Position numbers and translations under genes: made by a program | Part shown: positions 8,721 to 16,749 of the stretch, in pieces | Position numbering within the stretch: the stretch's first letter is position 1 | How the letters are laid out: each line of letters opens with the position of its first letter | The notes under the pieces: generated by a model | What the model saw: only the letters and a program-made list of their open reading frames with translations | Databases searched by the model: none | What the model was told of the DNA's origin: nothing | Source of the DNA: Geotalea uraniireducens Rf4 | Lineage (GTDB): Bacteria; Desulfobacterota; Desulfuromonadia; Geobacterales; Geobacteraceae | NCBI RefSeq assembly: GCF_000016745.1 | Contig: NC_009483.1 | Location: 3,930,001-3,962,000, forward strand | Direction: 5' to 3' | DNA length: 32,000 nucleotides

Positions 8721-9542
8721 TCAGGTTTTTTTATGCCCCATTTCTATCACATCAGCCGGGAGGCGGCAAGGGACCTTTTTCAGCACCTCCACCATCTCGG
8801 CGTGAATCAGGCCGTTACTGGCAAGGACGCGGTGGTCATAGACGGAGAACGGATCGCCGGCGTGGTTGGACACCGTCCCCCCTGCCTCGGCAACGAGCAA
8901 CTGCCCGGCCGCCACATCCCACGGCTTCAGCTTGCATTCCCAGTAGCCGTCCAGCCGGCCGGCCGCAACGTAGGCCAGGTCGAGAGCCGCGGCCCCGGCG
9001 CGGCGCACTGCACGGGCACACATCTGGAAATTCATGAAATTATCGAAGTTGTTTTCATTGACCCAGGTACGGTCATAGGGGAAGCCGGTGGCCAAAAGAC
9101 AGTTCTTCAACGGCTGCCGGACAGAGACATGGAGGGGTCGGCCGTTGACGAACGCCCCCTCCCCTTTCACGGCGGTGAAAAGCTCGTCCATCATCGGGTG
9201 ATAAACGACACCGAGCCGCACAACGCCGTCGACCTCAAGGGCAATGGAAACGCCGAACCAGGGAAAACCGTGGGCGAAATTGGTGGTGCCGTCGAGCGGA
9301 TCGATGATCCACTTGCACGCGGCGCCGTTCGCTGCATAGTCGTTTTCCTCCGCCAGGATATCGTGGTCCGGGCAGGCAGCGCGGATCATGCCGACAATCA
9401 GCTCCTCGCACGCCTTGTCCACCTCGGTGACCAGGTTTATCTCCCCCTTGAATTCAATGTCGTGCTCCGACCAGAGCCGTTCCTTCTGCATCTGCCCCGC
9501 TGCCCTGGCGGCGCGGATGGCAATATCGAGATAGTCATGCAC
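8721..9542 (-). CDS. suhB: inositol monophosphatase family protein (SuhB-like)
   Basis: Motifs EEN...WIIDPLDGTTNFAHG and WDVAAG. A GTG start at 9542 follows GGAAGGAGA; the track start at 9569 lacks an RBS. Confidence 0.85.
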   Translation of the reverse strand: MHDYLDIAIRAARAAGQMQKERLWSEHDIEFKGEINLVTEVDKACEELIVGMIRAACPDHDILAEENDYAANGAACKWIIDPLDGTTNFAHGFPWFGVSIALEVDGVVRLGVVYHPMMDELFTAVKGEGAFVNGRPLHVSVRQPLKNCLLATGFPYDRTWVNENNFDNFMNFQMCARAVRRAGAAALDLAYVAAGRLDGYWECKLKPWDVAAGQLLVAEAGGTVSNHAGDPFSVYDHRVLASNGLIHAEMVEVLKKVPCRLPADVIEMGHKKT

Positions 9543-9713
9543 AGTTGTATTCTCCTTCCGATTCATCAACAGTCAGAGCCTTACGGGGCTCAGCCATACA
9601 GTCTTCTCAACGCGACATCGTGTCGCGATAACGGTGCCAGCCTGACCGGCGGAACGTAGTGGAGACCGGTCCTGGCGTTTGTTTTGTGTTTCGCTCTTTG
9701 ACAATCATTATAA

Positions 9714-9740
9714 TAAAAAAGGCCAGATAATTATCCGGCC
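9714..9740 (-). terminator. rho-independent terminator of the islet operon
   Basis: The reverse strand reads AAGGCCGGATAATTATCTGGCC followed by TTTTTTATT, 37 nt after the stop at 9777. Confidence 0.6.
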
Positions 9741-9776
9741 TTGTAGAGTTTCAGATAGTGAAATGCTCATGTCTAG

Positions 9777-10205
9777 TCATCTATTATCTTGATTACGGTT
9801 AATTATCACATCTAGTATATATGAACCCTCGGATACTACTTCGTCATTTTTTGTAATCTTGGCATTAACTGTAAGCACAGACGTTTCTGCCAGTGTAAAT
9901 TGAAATTTTGGCACTGGGATATGGAATATCCTTGGTCTGCCATTTGCCCCAATCATAGCTGCCATTTTAGCAAATTGGTTTTCACCTAAAGACATAGTGA
10001 CTTGCATTGCAAAGTCATTTGTATCCTTTGTGATATTATCTTCGATTGTAATAAGTGATGCAAGCATAACTGGTATCTGCATATCTTGAGGAGCATCATG
10101 TGGTATGCCTATGTTAATAGAATCTCCAACAATCCCCATCAGAGATAGTTTGTTTCCTATTTCTTGCCTAATATCTTCTCCTATAATTATATTTTTTATA
10201 ATCAT
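9777..10205 (-). CDS. uncharacterised beta-rich protein (142 aa), third gene of the MqsR/MqsA-like operon
   Basis: The ATG at 10205 overlaps the upstream stop as ATGA (10205-10202). The sequence is MIIKNIIIGEDIRQEIGNKLSLMGIVGDSINIGIP..., with no signal peptide or TM segment. The N-terminal pattern vaguely recalls a DUF family I cannot name with certainty. The gene is AT-rich like the two genes upstream. Confidence 0.6.
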   Translation of the reverse strand: MIIKNIIIGEDIRQEIGNKLSLMGIVGDSINIGIPHDAPQDMQIPVMLASLITIEDNITKDTNDFAMQVTMSLGENQFAKMAAMIGANGRPRIFHIPVPKFQFTLAETSVLTVNAKITKNDEVVSEGSYILDVIINRNQDNR

Positions 10206-10780
10206 TTTGTTATAACTCCCCATGTTGATTTAGGCTCATATGAAGATACTATGGGTGTAGCTAAAAAGCTTCCTTCTAATATTAGTTCTTTTTTACCATC
10301 TGTTGCGTTATATGATCCAGATGTATTAATTGTGTGTCTGTCAAAAAAAATACAAAGCTGTTTAAGGCGATATTTCGCTTGTGCATGTTCAGAAAAGTTA
10401 TCATCGGCCAATTCGAGAAGATCAGGTGAAAACCTAATTAATCTCAGAAGTGCTAGAGCAGAGTGAGAGATACGTCCGCGTTTCCATCGTGCAGTGGTGC
10501 GATATGGTAATCTGAGCGCCTTTTCAACATAAACCATTGTTTTCCCGGATTTTACCAGGGAATCCATTAAAGCAGGTGCTGATGCAAGATTGGCCTTGGT
10601 TATGGCTTTAGTCAAGTCACGGTCATAACTGTTATCAAAATCACCTTCTTCTTCGCAATCATTGCAACGAAATTGTTCGTGAACAAATTGAACATCATTG
10701 TCAAATGGGATTGGGAAATGTTCCGTTACCGAGATTTTTTCTGTATTGTCCGAATCGCAGAAAGGGCATAGCGTTTTCAT
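10202..10780 (-). CDS. MqsA-family antitoxin-like protein (zinc ribbon + XRE-type HTH) with an extra ~65-aa C-terminal region
   Basis: Cys5-x2-Cys8-x30-Cys39-x2-Cys42 (CPFC...CNDC) reproduces the MqsA zinc-ribbon spacing. It is followed by YVEKALRLPYRTTARWKRGRISHSALALLRLIRFSPDLLELAD, an MqsA-like HTH. The ATGA overlap with the upstream toxin-like gene and the toxin-first gene order match mqsRA. Confidence 0.7.
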   Translation of the reverse strand: MKTLCPFCDSDNTEKISVTEHFPIPFDNDVQFVHEQFRCNDCEEEGDFDNSYDRDLTKAITKANLASAPALMDSLVKSGKTMVYVEKALRLPYRTTARWKRGRISHSALALLRLIRFSPDLLELADDNFSEHAQAKYRLKQLCIFFDRHTINTSGSYNATDGKKELILEGSFLATPIVSSYEPKSTWGVITK

Positions 10781-11169
10781 GATATTAATCCTCGTAATAC
10801 TCCAAATGGATTGTGTGATAGCGAAGGTGCCTTATCCCCAACTTTAGGTGGATGAAAGGACTTGATAATCCATAGGCCGTTTGATCTTTGATAGAAGGCT
10901 AAGTAAACGTATTTGTCATTGATTCTGAAAGTGTAAGCATCAAATGGTTCATGATTTGGGCTCTTATCCAACTGCTCCGAGTTATCGAGTTCTAAGTCCG
11001 GAAAGTCATAATGAGCCAAAAAACTAAGAAGTTCTGTTTCCGTCATGAGGCTGTAGTGAAGTTTTGCATCTTCTCTGGAAGCCTTGTTGGGTTTGACTTT
11101 GCCGACAATTTTGCAGCTGGCAATAAATTTGGAAAAATTATAATGAGGGCCGTGTGATCGAGCTACCAT
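10777..11169 (-). CDS. MqsR-family toxin-like protein (130 aa)
   Basis: Pattern match along the length of E. coli MqsR: PHYNFSKF / ASREDAKLHYSL / ELLSFLAHYDF / FDAYTFRINDKYVYLAF / LWIIKSFHP versus PHTRLSQV / RSALLNADELGL / VIIGLSESDF / QDVYRPRLVTGQVYLKI / VLIVSFKEK. RBS GGAGGG. Alignment was done by eye only. Confidence 0.6.
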   Translation of the reverse strand: MVARSHGPHYNFSKFIASCKIVGKVKPNKASREDAKLHYSLMTETELLSFLAHYDFPDLELDNSEQLDKSPNHEPFDAYTFRINDKYVYLAFYQRSNGLWIIKSFHPPKVGDKAPSLSHNPFGVLRGLIS

Positions 11170-11219
11170 AAGCCCTCCATTGCGTCAATATATACATTTT
11201 GTACGCTGAAATCAATTGA

Positions 11220-11248
11220 ATTATACGTTACGTTACATCTCAAGTCAA
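11220..11248 (-). promoter_or_regulatory. sigma-70 promoter of the islet operon
   Basis: The reverse strand has TTGACT (11248-11243), a 17-nt spacer and TATAAT (11225-11220). It lies about 50 nt upstream of the ATG at 11169. Confidence 0.55.
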
Positions 11249-11548
11249 CCTCCGCATTCGACCGCATTCCAAAGCGTATATTCGATCATGTATAACGATT
11301 AAGACTTTATGCGGTGCGAAGCGGAGCCGCCGCATACACTCATGTCGTTAGAGGTTTCCTTCTACGACGATTCCGGCCATTTTCAGCTGCACCCTCCAGC
11401 GGGAACGCATGGGGGTTATCGCCTCTTCCCCGAGAAGCAGCCTACTTATAGCACGTTTCTTAATGGTTTAAAATATTTTACACCCCACATCGACTGGGGA
11501 AAAGCTGCCCTCCTTGGGACTGCAGTGATTTACCATATGCCTTTCCTG

Positions 11549-12151
11549 TTATTCTTCCTGCAACAGCCTGCCGTTCAGAACAACCCGGAATCCTTTAATT
11601 CCCTCATAAAAACTGGTCACACCGTAAAAACCCGGACGCTGCTTCCCGGCCGTTGCCCCGTACAGCGGCTCCAGCAGCAGGCTGTTCACGCTCCCTGCGA
11701 CGAGGGCTATTTCCCGTTCGACGGCGATTTCGTCACCCGGAAGTGCAATGACTATCCTATGGGAGCCTGCTTTCAGGCGCAGATGTTTCCCGAACCTGTA
11801 CCTTATCCCCTCCCCCGCCTCGGGGTCCCTGAGCAGGGTCGGTTCAATCTTTTCCGCCGACAACTCCCCCTGCACATGCATTGCCTGTCCGTCAATGTTG
11901 ATAAGCAGCCTGTATTCGGGAGTACCGTGGAAGTTCTTCTCAAATGCGTAAACTCCCGGCTTGTGGGTCTTCAGGGAAGTGGCAATACGCAGGTCTGCAT
12001 ACCCTTGCGGCATTGGGCTTCCGTTCGGCAACTCTTGAAACACATGGGATTGTGTGTTCACCGTTGCTGTTTTTATAAGTTCCATGCTTCTCGCACAACC
12101 GCTTAATGCAACTGATGCTGCAAGCAACGCCAATGCAATCGTTCTTTTCAT
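11549..12151 (-). CDS. lipoprotein of unknown function (downstream of the RND pump)
   Basis: The start was set at MKRTIALALLAASVALSGC (lipobox LSGC) after GGAAAGGAGA. The track N-terminal extension to 12289 would overlap the pump gene. Confidence 0.7.
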   Translation of the reverse strand: MKRTIALALLAASVALSGCARSMELIKTATVNTQSHVFQELPNGSPMPQGYADLRIATSLKTHKPGVYAFEKNFHGTPEYRLLINIDGQAMHVQGELSAEKIEPTLLRDPEAGEGIRYRFGKHLRLKAGSHRIVIALPGDEIAVEREIALVAGSVNSLLLEPLYGATAGKQRPGFYGVTSFYEGIKGFRVVLNGRLLQEE

Positions 12152-12258
12152 CACTGTCTCCTTTCCAGGTCTAAATCGATTCGTTTCACTGAGTGAACCC
12201 CTTTTGTCGATACTTCGCCGTCGGCAGGACCACGGGGCATATACCAATTCGTTTACAT

Positions 12259-15200
12259 CTATTCTTCGACCTTTCTCTTTTCGAACCAACTGTAAACCGA
12301 TGGAATGATTAACAACGTGAGCAGGGTTGAAGTAACCAATCCGCCCACAACAACCGTAGCCAGTGGTTTCTGGATTTCAGAGCCAGTTCCGCTGGCAAGC
12401 AGCATCGGCATCAAACTGAAAATTGCTATTGATGCGGTCATCAATACCGGCCGCAATCTGTCAAGACTTCCCTTCCTGATCGCTTCCTGCAAATCAAGCC
12501 CTTCTTCGCGCAGTTGCGAGATGCGTGATACCAGAACAAGCCCGTTCAAGACGGCAACGCCGAACAGGACGACAAACCCTACAGATGCCGGAACAGACAG
12601 ATATTGCCCGGAGATGAAGAGAGAAAAGACGCCGCCGATCAAGGCAAACGGCAGGTTGGAAATGACCAGCAGCGCCAGGCGGATCGACCTGAAGGTGACG
12701 TACAGAAGCAGCAGGATCAAGCCGATGGCCACCGGTCCGATGATCATCAGTTTGTTCATTGCCCTCTGCTGATTCTCGAACTGGCCACCCCAGGTAAGAT
12801 AGTATCCAGCCGGCAGCTTGACATTCGCTTTGATCTTCTGCTTTGCCTCGGCGACAAAACTGCCGATATCCCTGCCGGAGATGTTCATCTCGATGCCGAT
12901 CCTTCTCACCCCGTCCTGGCGGCTGATCTGGGCCGGGCCTTCGATCATTTTCACCTCCGCCAGCTGTTCGAGCGGAACATTGATACCGGTTTTCGTGGTG
13001 ATCAGCAGATTCTTGATCGCTTCCAGGGAATTCCTTTTTTCTTCCGGCAGACGGACCGATATATCGAAGCTGCGGTTTTCTTCATACAGCTGCGATGCCG
13101 CTTTACCGGCAACGGCAATTTCGATTACCTTTTGCACGTCGCTGATATTCAGGCCATACCGGGCAATTCTCGACCGGTCGATGTTAACGGTCAGGTACGG
13201 CTGTCCCGAAACCTTTTCCGCGTTCAGATCGGTCCCACCCTTTACAGTGGACAGGACCTTGGCTATCTCGGCCGATTTTTCACTGAGCACGTCGATATCT
13301 TCACCAAACAGCTTGAGAATCAGCTGAGCCCGGGTCCCGGCTACGAGTTCGTCGATGCGGCACTGGATCGGCTGACTGAAACCGAAGGTGATCCCGGCAA
13401 TCGATTCCAAAGATTCACGCATCTCATTGGTCAGCTCTTCTTTGGAAATATCCCGTTTCCATTCACTCTTTGGTTTGAATATCCCCACATAGCCGGTCTT
13501 GTCCGAGCCCCTGGTATCCAGGGCGACGCCGGTCTGTCCGGTCCGGGACACGATGGTACCCAGTTCTGGAAACTGCTTCAGCTTTTCCGCGGCACGTTGA
13601 TTCACCTCCATCGCCTTGGCCAGGGAAACACCGGGAAGCATGGAGACGTCCATGTCAAAGGAGCCTTCATCCATGATCGGGATGAATTCCGTTCCCAGCC
13701 GTGTTACCAGAAAGAGCGAGGCAACCAGGAGAACGCCCGCAACACTCAACACCATCTGCTTCCTGGTCATGGCATATTCAAGCAGCGGCAGATAGAGCCT
13801 GCTTGCATGCTTCATGATGAAGCTCTCTTTTTCCGGGTGCGGCTTCAGAAACAGGATGCAGAGGACCGGGATAACGAATATCGAAAGGAACAATGAGGCA
13901 AGCAGTGCAATCGCCACCGTTATGGCCAGCGGGCCGAACATCTTCCCTTCGATCCCTTCCAGGGAAAGAATGGGGATGAAGGTGAGGGCGATGATAAGCT
14001 CACCGAAAATGCTCGGCTTTCTGACTTCCATCACCGCTTTGAGCACGGTCAATACTTTTGGATGTTGCCCCCCCTCTTCGCTCAAATGTCGCTGGACATT
14101 TTCCACCTGGATGATGGTCGTATCGATGATCATGCCGATGGAGATGGCCAGGCCGCCGAGGGACATCAGGTTTGCGGTTATGCCGACAAGTTTCATGACA
14201 ATGAATGTCGCCAACAGAGAAAGCGGCAATGCTATGAGGACGACAAGGCTCCCCCGAAAGCTGTTCAACAGGAGATACAGAACAATCAGCACCAGAATGG
14301 AGCCTTCCAGCAGCGCCTTGTTGACCGTGCTGACGCTCGCCTTCACGATGTCGCTTCGGTCGTAATAGGGAACGAGCTTGATTCCCTCCGGAAGGATATT
14401 GTTTCCGTTGATTTCCCTGACTTTTTCTTCTACCCGGCGCACAACGTCGCGGCTGTTTTCGCCGCGCAGCATCATGACGATACCACCGACACATTCATCC
14501 TTGCCGTCCTTCATGGCGGCGCCCATCCGGACCGCCTCGCCGACCTTTACCTGGGCGACGTCGCGGATATACGTCGGAGTACCACCCGGAGATTTCAGGA
14601 CAATGGTTTCGATGTCGCTGACATCTTTTATCAAACCAACCCCGCGGACGATATATTGATCCGTGCCCCGCTCCAGGAGGTTGCCGCCGACGTTTTCATT
14701 GTTGCTGCCGATGGCTGAGTAGACATCGTCCACAGTTATCGCATATTTCAACAGCTTCTCCGGTGACACGATCACCTGGTACTGCTTGAAATACCCGCCA
14801 AAGGAGTTGATCTCGTTTACTCCGGCAACACTCTTCAACTGGGGGGTGACAATCCACTCCTGAATGGTTCGAAGGCTGGTCAGGTAGGCAATCTTCTGTT
14901 GCGGGTCATCCGGCATCTTACCTTCGAGCGTGTACTGGTAGATCTCGCCCATGGCCGTACCGATAGGCCCCATGGCGACCTCGACCCCCTTGGGGACCTT
15001 CTCCCGCGCCTCCGCCAATCGCTCGAACACCAACTGTCGGGCAAAATAGATATCCACATTATCCTTGAAGACAATGGTGACTATCGACAGGCCGAACTTG
15101 GTCACCGAACGCATCTGTTCGATGTCGGGCAGGCCGCGCATGGCCATCTCAATCGGGGAGGTTACGTTTCTTTCTATTTCTATTGCAGACAGACCATCTG

Positions 15201-15357
15201 CGTGGCTTACTACTTCAACCTGAATGTTGGTGACATCCGGAAAGGCATCAATCGGTAGTCGCAGATATGAGTACAATCCGAATGCAATGATCAGCAGCGA
15301 AAGGAATATGACCATCCCTTTCTGCCGCAACGTATAGGCTATTAATTTTTCCAGCAT
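12259..15357 (-). CDS. heavy-metal efflux RND transporter, CzcA/CusA family
   Basis: 1032 aa with 12-TM RND architecture. The N-terminus LPIDAFPDVTNIQVEVVSHADGLSAIEIERNVTSPIE is typical of HME-RND pumps. Confidence 0.95.
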   Translation of the reverse strand: MLEKLIAYTLRQKGMVIFLSLLIIAFGLYSYLRLPIDAFPDVTNIQVEVVSHADGLSAIEIERNVTSPIEMAMRGLPDIEQMRSVTKFGLSIVTIVFKDNVDIYFARQLVFERLAEAREKVPKGVEVAMGPIGTAMGEIYQYTLEGKMPDDPQQKIAYLTSLRTIQEWIVTPQLKSVAGVNEINSFGGYFKQYQVIVSPEKLLKYAITVDDVYSAIGSNNENVGGNLLERGTDQYIVRGVGLIKDVSDIETIVLKSPGGTPTYIRDVAQVKVGEAVRMGAAMKDGKDECVGGIVMMLRGENSRDVVRRVEEKVREINGNNILPEGIKLVPYYDRSDIVKASVSTVNKALLEGSILVLIVLYLLLNSFRGSLVVLIALPLSLLATFIVMKLVGITANLMSLGGLAISIGMIIDTTIIQVENVQRHLSEEGGQHPKVLTVLKAVMEVRKPSIFGELIIALTFIPILSLEGIEGKMFGPLAITVAIALLASLFLSIFVIPVLCILFLKPHPEKESFIMKHASRLYLPLLEYAMTRKQMVLSVAGVLLVASLFLVTRLGTEFIPIMDEGSFDMDVSMLPGVSLAKAMEVNQRAAEKLKQFPELGTIVSRTGQTGVALDTRGSDKTGYVGIFKPKSEWKRDISKEELTNEMRESLESIAGITFGFSQPIQCRIDELVAGTRAQLILKLFGEDIDVLSEKSAEIAKVLSTVKGGTDLNAEKVSGQPYLTVNIDRSRIARYGLNISDVQKVIEIAVAGKAASQLYEENRSFDISVRLPEEKRNSLEAIKNLLITTKTGINVPLEQLAEVKMIEGPAQISRQDGVRRIGIEMNISGRDIGSFVAEAKQKIKANVKLPAGYYLTWGGQFENQQRAMNKLMIIGPVAIGLILLLLYVTFRSIRLALLVISNLPFALIGGVFSLFISGQYLSVPASVGFVVLFGVAVLNGLVLVSRISQLREEGLDLQEAIRKGSLDRLRPVLMTASIAIFSLMPMLLASGTGSEIQKPLATVVVGGLVTSTLLTLLIIPSVYSWFEKRKVEE

Positions 15358-15411
15358 CGGTGTTTTCTCCTGTTGCTGTGCAGTTCAGCACCGGTTCATA
15401 ACTCCCCCCGT

Positions 15412-15508
15412 CCCCCTCTTACCTTAAGAGGGGGCGAGAATGGCGACTTCATCGATGCTCCGCCCCAGTCACTACGTTACGTCCCTCCCCTTAGTTTAAG
15501 GGGAGGAC
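15412..15508. repeat. two related GC-rich palindromic hairpins in the MFP-pump intergenic spacer
   Basis: The hairpins are CCCCCTCTTAccTTAAGAGGGGG (15412-15434) and GTCCCTCCCCTTAgtTTAAGGGGAGGAC (15481-15508). Confidence 0.6.
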
Positions 15509-15516
15509 AGGTGGGG

Positions 15517-16749
15517 TTACTTGCCGTGGCCATGTTCGTCCGTCATCTCGCCCTTCTTCACTTCCGACTTGAGGATGAACGCTCCCTTGACCGCGTAACG
15601 CTCACCCTCTTTAAGGCCGGAAACAATCTCGACCACGCCGCCTGTTGCCCGGCCTGACTGAATCTGGCGCGCCGCGAACTCGATTTCGCTTTCCGCGACG
15701 AAGATCACCTTCTTACCATCCAGATCCTGCAGGGCATCTTCGGGGACCGCCACCACCGGCGGCGCATCAGCCGGCAGCGCCAGTTCGACGGTGGCGAACA
15801 TCTCCGGTTTCAGCTTTCGGCCAGGATTGGCTACCTCGATCCGCGCCTTGACCGTGCGGGTGGCCTCGTCAACCAGGTCGGCAATGTAGGTGATGCGGCC
15901 TTTCAGCTTCAGGTCGGGAAAGGCGCCGACACTGACGATTGCCGCCTGCCCCTTACGCACCTTGGCCAGGTCTTTTTCGTTGACGTCGACCATGACCCAG
16001 ACAGAGGAAAGGTCCGCAACGGTGTAGAGGCTCTTGGAAGGGTCGGCGAGCTCGCCGACAATGGCGTGCTTCTCGGTGATAATGCCGCTGATGGGGGAGC
16101 GTACCGGCAAGAGCGGCTTTTTATGGCTTTCCCCCTTGAGGTCGGACGCTGCAACTCCATACAGGGAGAGGCGTTCTTCGTCGGTGTGCAGTTCGGTCTG
16201 GGCAGTCTTGTAGTCGGTCTCGGCCTGAAGAATATCCTTGCGGGCAGCGATCTTCTTCTCCACGAGGTTCTTGATCCGGTCCATGTTGGACTGGGCCAGG
16301 GCCAGCTTGGTCTTTGACTGGTGGTAGCGGCCCAGCGCCTCGCCCAACTCGACGCTGTCCAGGGTCGCCAGCGCCTGTCCTGCGGAAACGCTGTCACCCA
16401 GGGAGGCCTTGACGCTGACGATCTTGCCGCTGATGCGGGGCGATACGTGGGCGATCCGGTCGGCATTGGCCTCCACCTTGCCGGTAGCGCTGATAACACC
16501 GGCTAAACGTTGCTTTTTCGCCGGGACGACAACCACGCCGTTCTGCTTCTGCACTTCGGCGGTCATCTTGACACTGCCTGCCTCGCCATGTTCGTCGTGA
16601 CCTTCATGGCCTTCTTCCTTGTGGCCTGCTTCCTCATGTTCCGCATGCTCCCCGCCGCCGCTTTTGGTATGGGTAGAGCGATAGTAGAGGCCGCCACCCA
16701 GGGCCACGGCGGCCAGGATAAGTCCGATGATGATTGCTTTTTTGTTCAC
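15517..16749 (-). CDS. efflux RND periplasmic adaptor (MFP, CzcB/CusB-like) with His-rich termini
   Basis: 410 aa with an N-terminal TM anchor. It has HlyD-type lipoyl/beta-barrel segments and the His/Glu-rich stretch GGGEHAEHEEAGHKEEGHEGHDEHGE, and ends DEHGHGK. Confidence 0.9.
   Translation of the reverse strand: MNKKAIIIGLILAAVALGGGLYYRSTHTKSGGGEHAEHEEAGHKEEGHEGHDEHGEAGSVKMTAEVQKQNGVVVVPAKKQRLAGVISATGKVEANADRIAHVSPRISGKIVSVKASLGDSVSAGQALATLDSVELGEALGRYHQSKTKLALAQSNMDRIKNLVEKKIAARKDILQAETDYKTAQTELHTDEERLSLYGVAASDLKGESHKKPLLPVRSPISGIITEKHAIVGELADPSKSLYTVADLSSVWVMVDVNEKDLAKVRKGQAAIVSVGAFPDLKLKGRITYIADLVDEATRTVKARIEVANPGRKLKPEMFATVELALPADAPPVVAVPEDALQDLDGKKVIFVAESEIEFAARQIQSGRATGGVVEIVSGLKEGERYAVKGAFILKSEVKKGEMTDEHGHGK

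Noticed and set aside
7466-9659. Long + strand ORFs (7466..8665, 399 aa; 8571..9659, 362 aa) opposite the aminotransferase and suhB genes
   Set aside because: They are antisense shadows of confidently identified minus-strand genes in GC-rich DNA. Their composition is Arg/Gly/His/Pro-rich, they have no RBS and no recognisable motifs.
10164-10466. 100-aa + ORF inside the AT-rich islet, antisense to the MqsA-like gene
   Set aside because: It has no RBS and overlaps two coupled minus-strand genes. Long ORFs are not unusual in AT-rich antisense frames that happen to lack stops. This is not fully excluded.
11309-12106. 265-aa + ORF opposite the lipoprotein gene
   Set aside because: It is antisense to an ORF with a clear lipobox and RBS, and it has no motifs of its own.
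12604-14718. + strand ORFs inside the RND pump gene (12604..13896, 430 aa; 14062..14718, 218 aa; others)
   Set aside because: They are antisense to a 1032-aa CzcA/CusA-family gene with unmistakable motifs. Their composition is typical of shadow ORFs.
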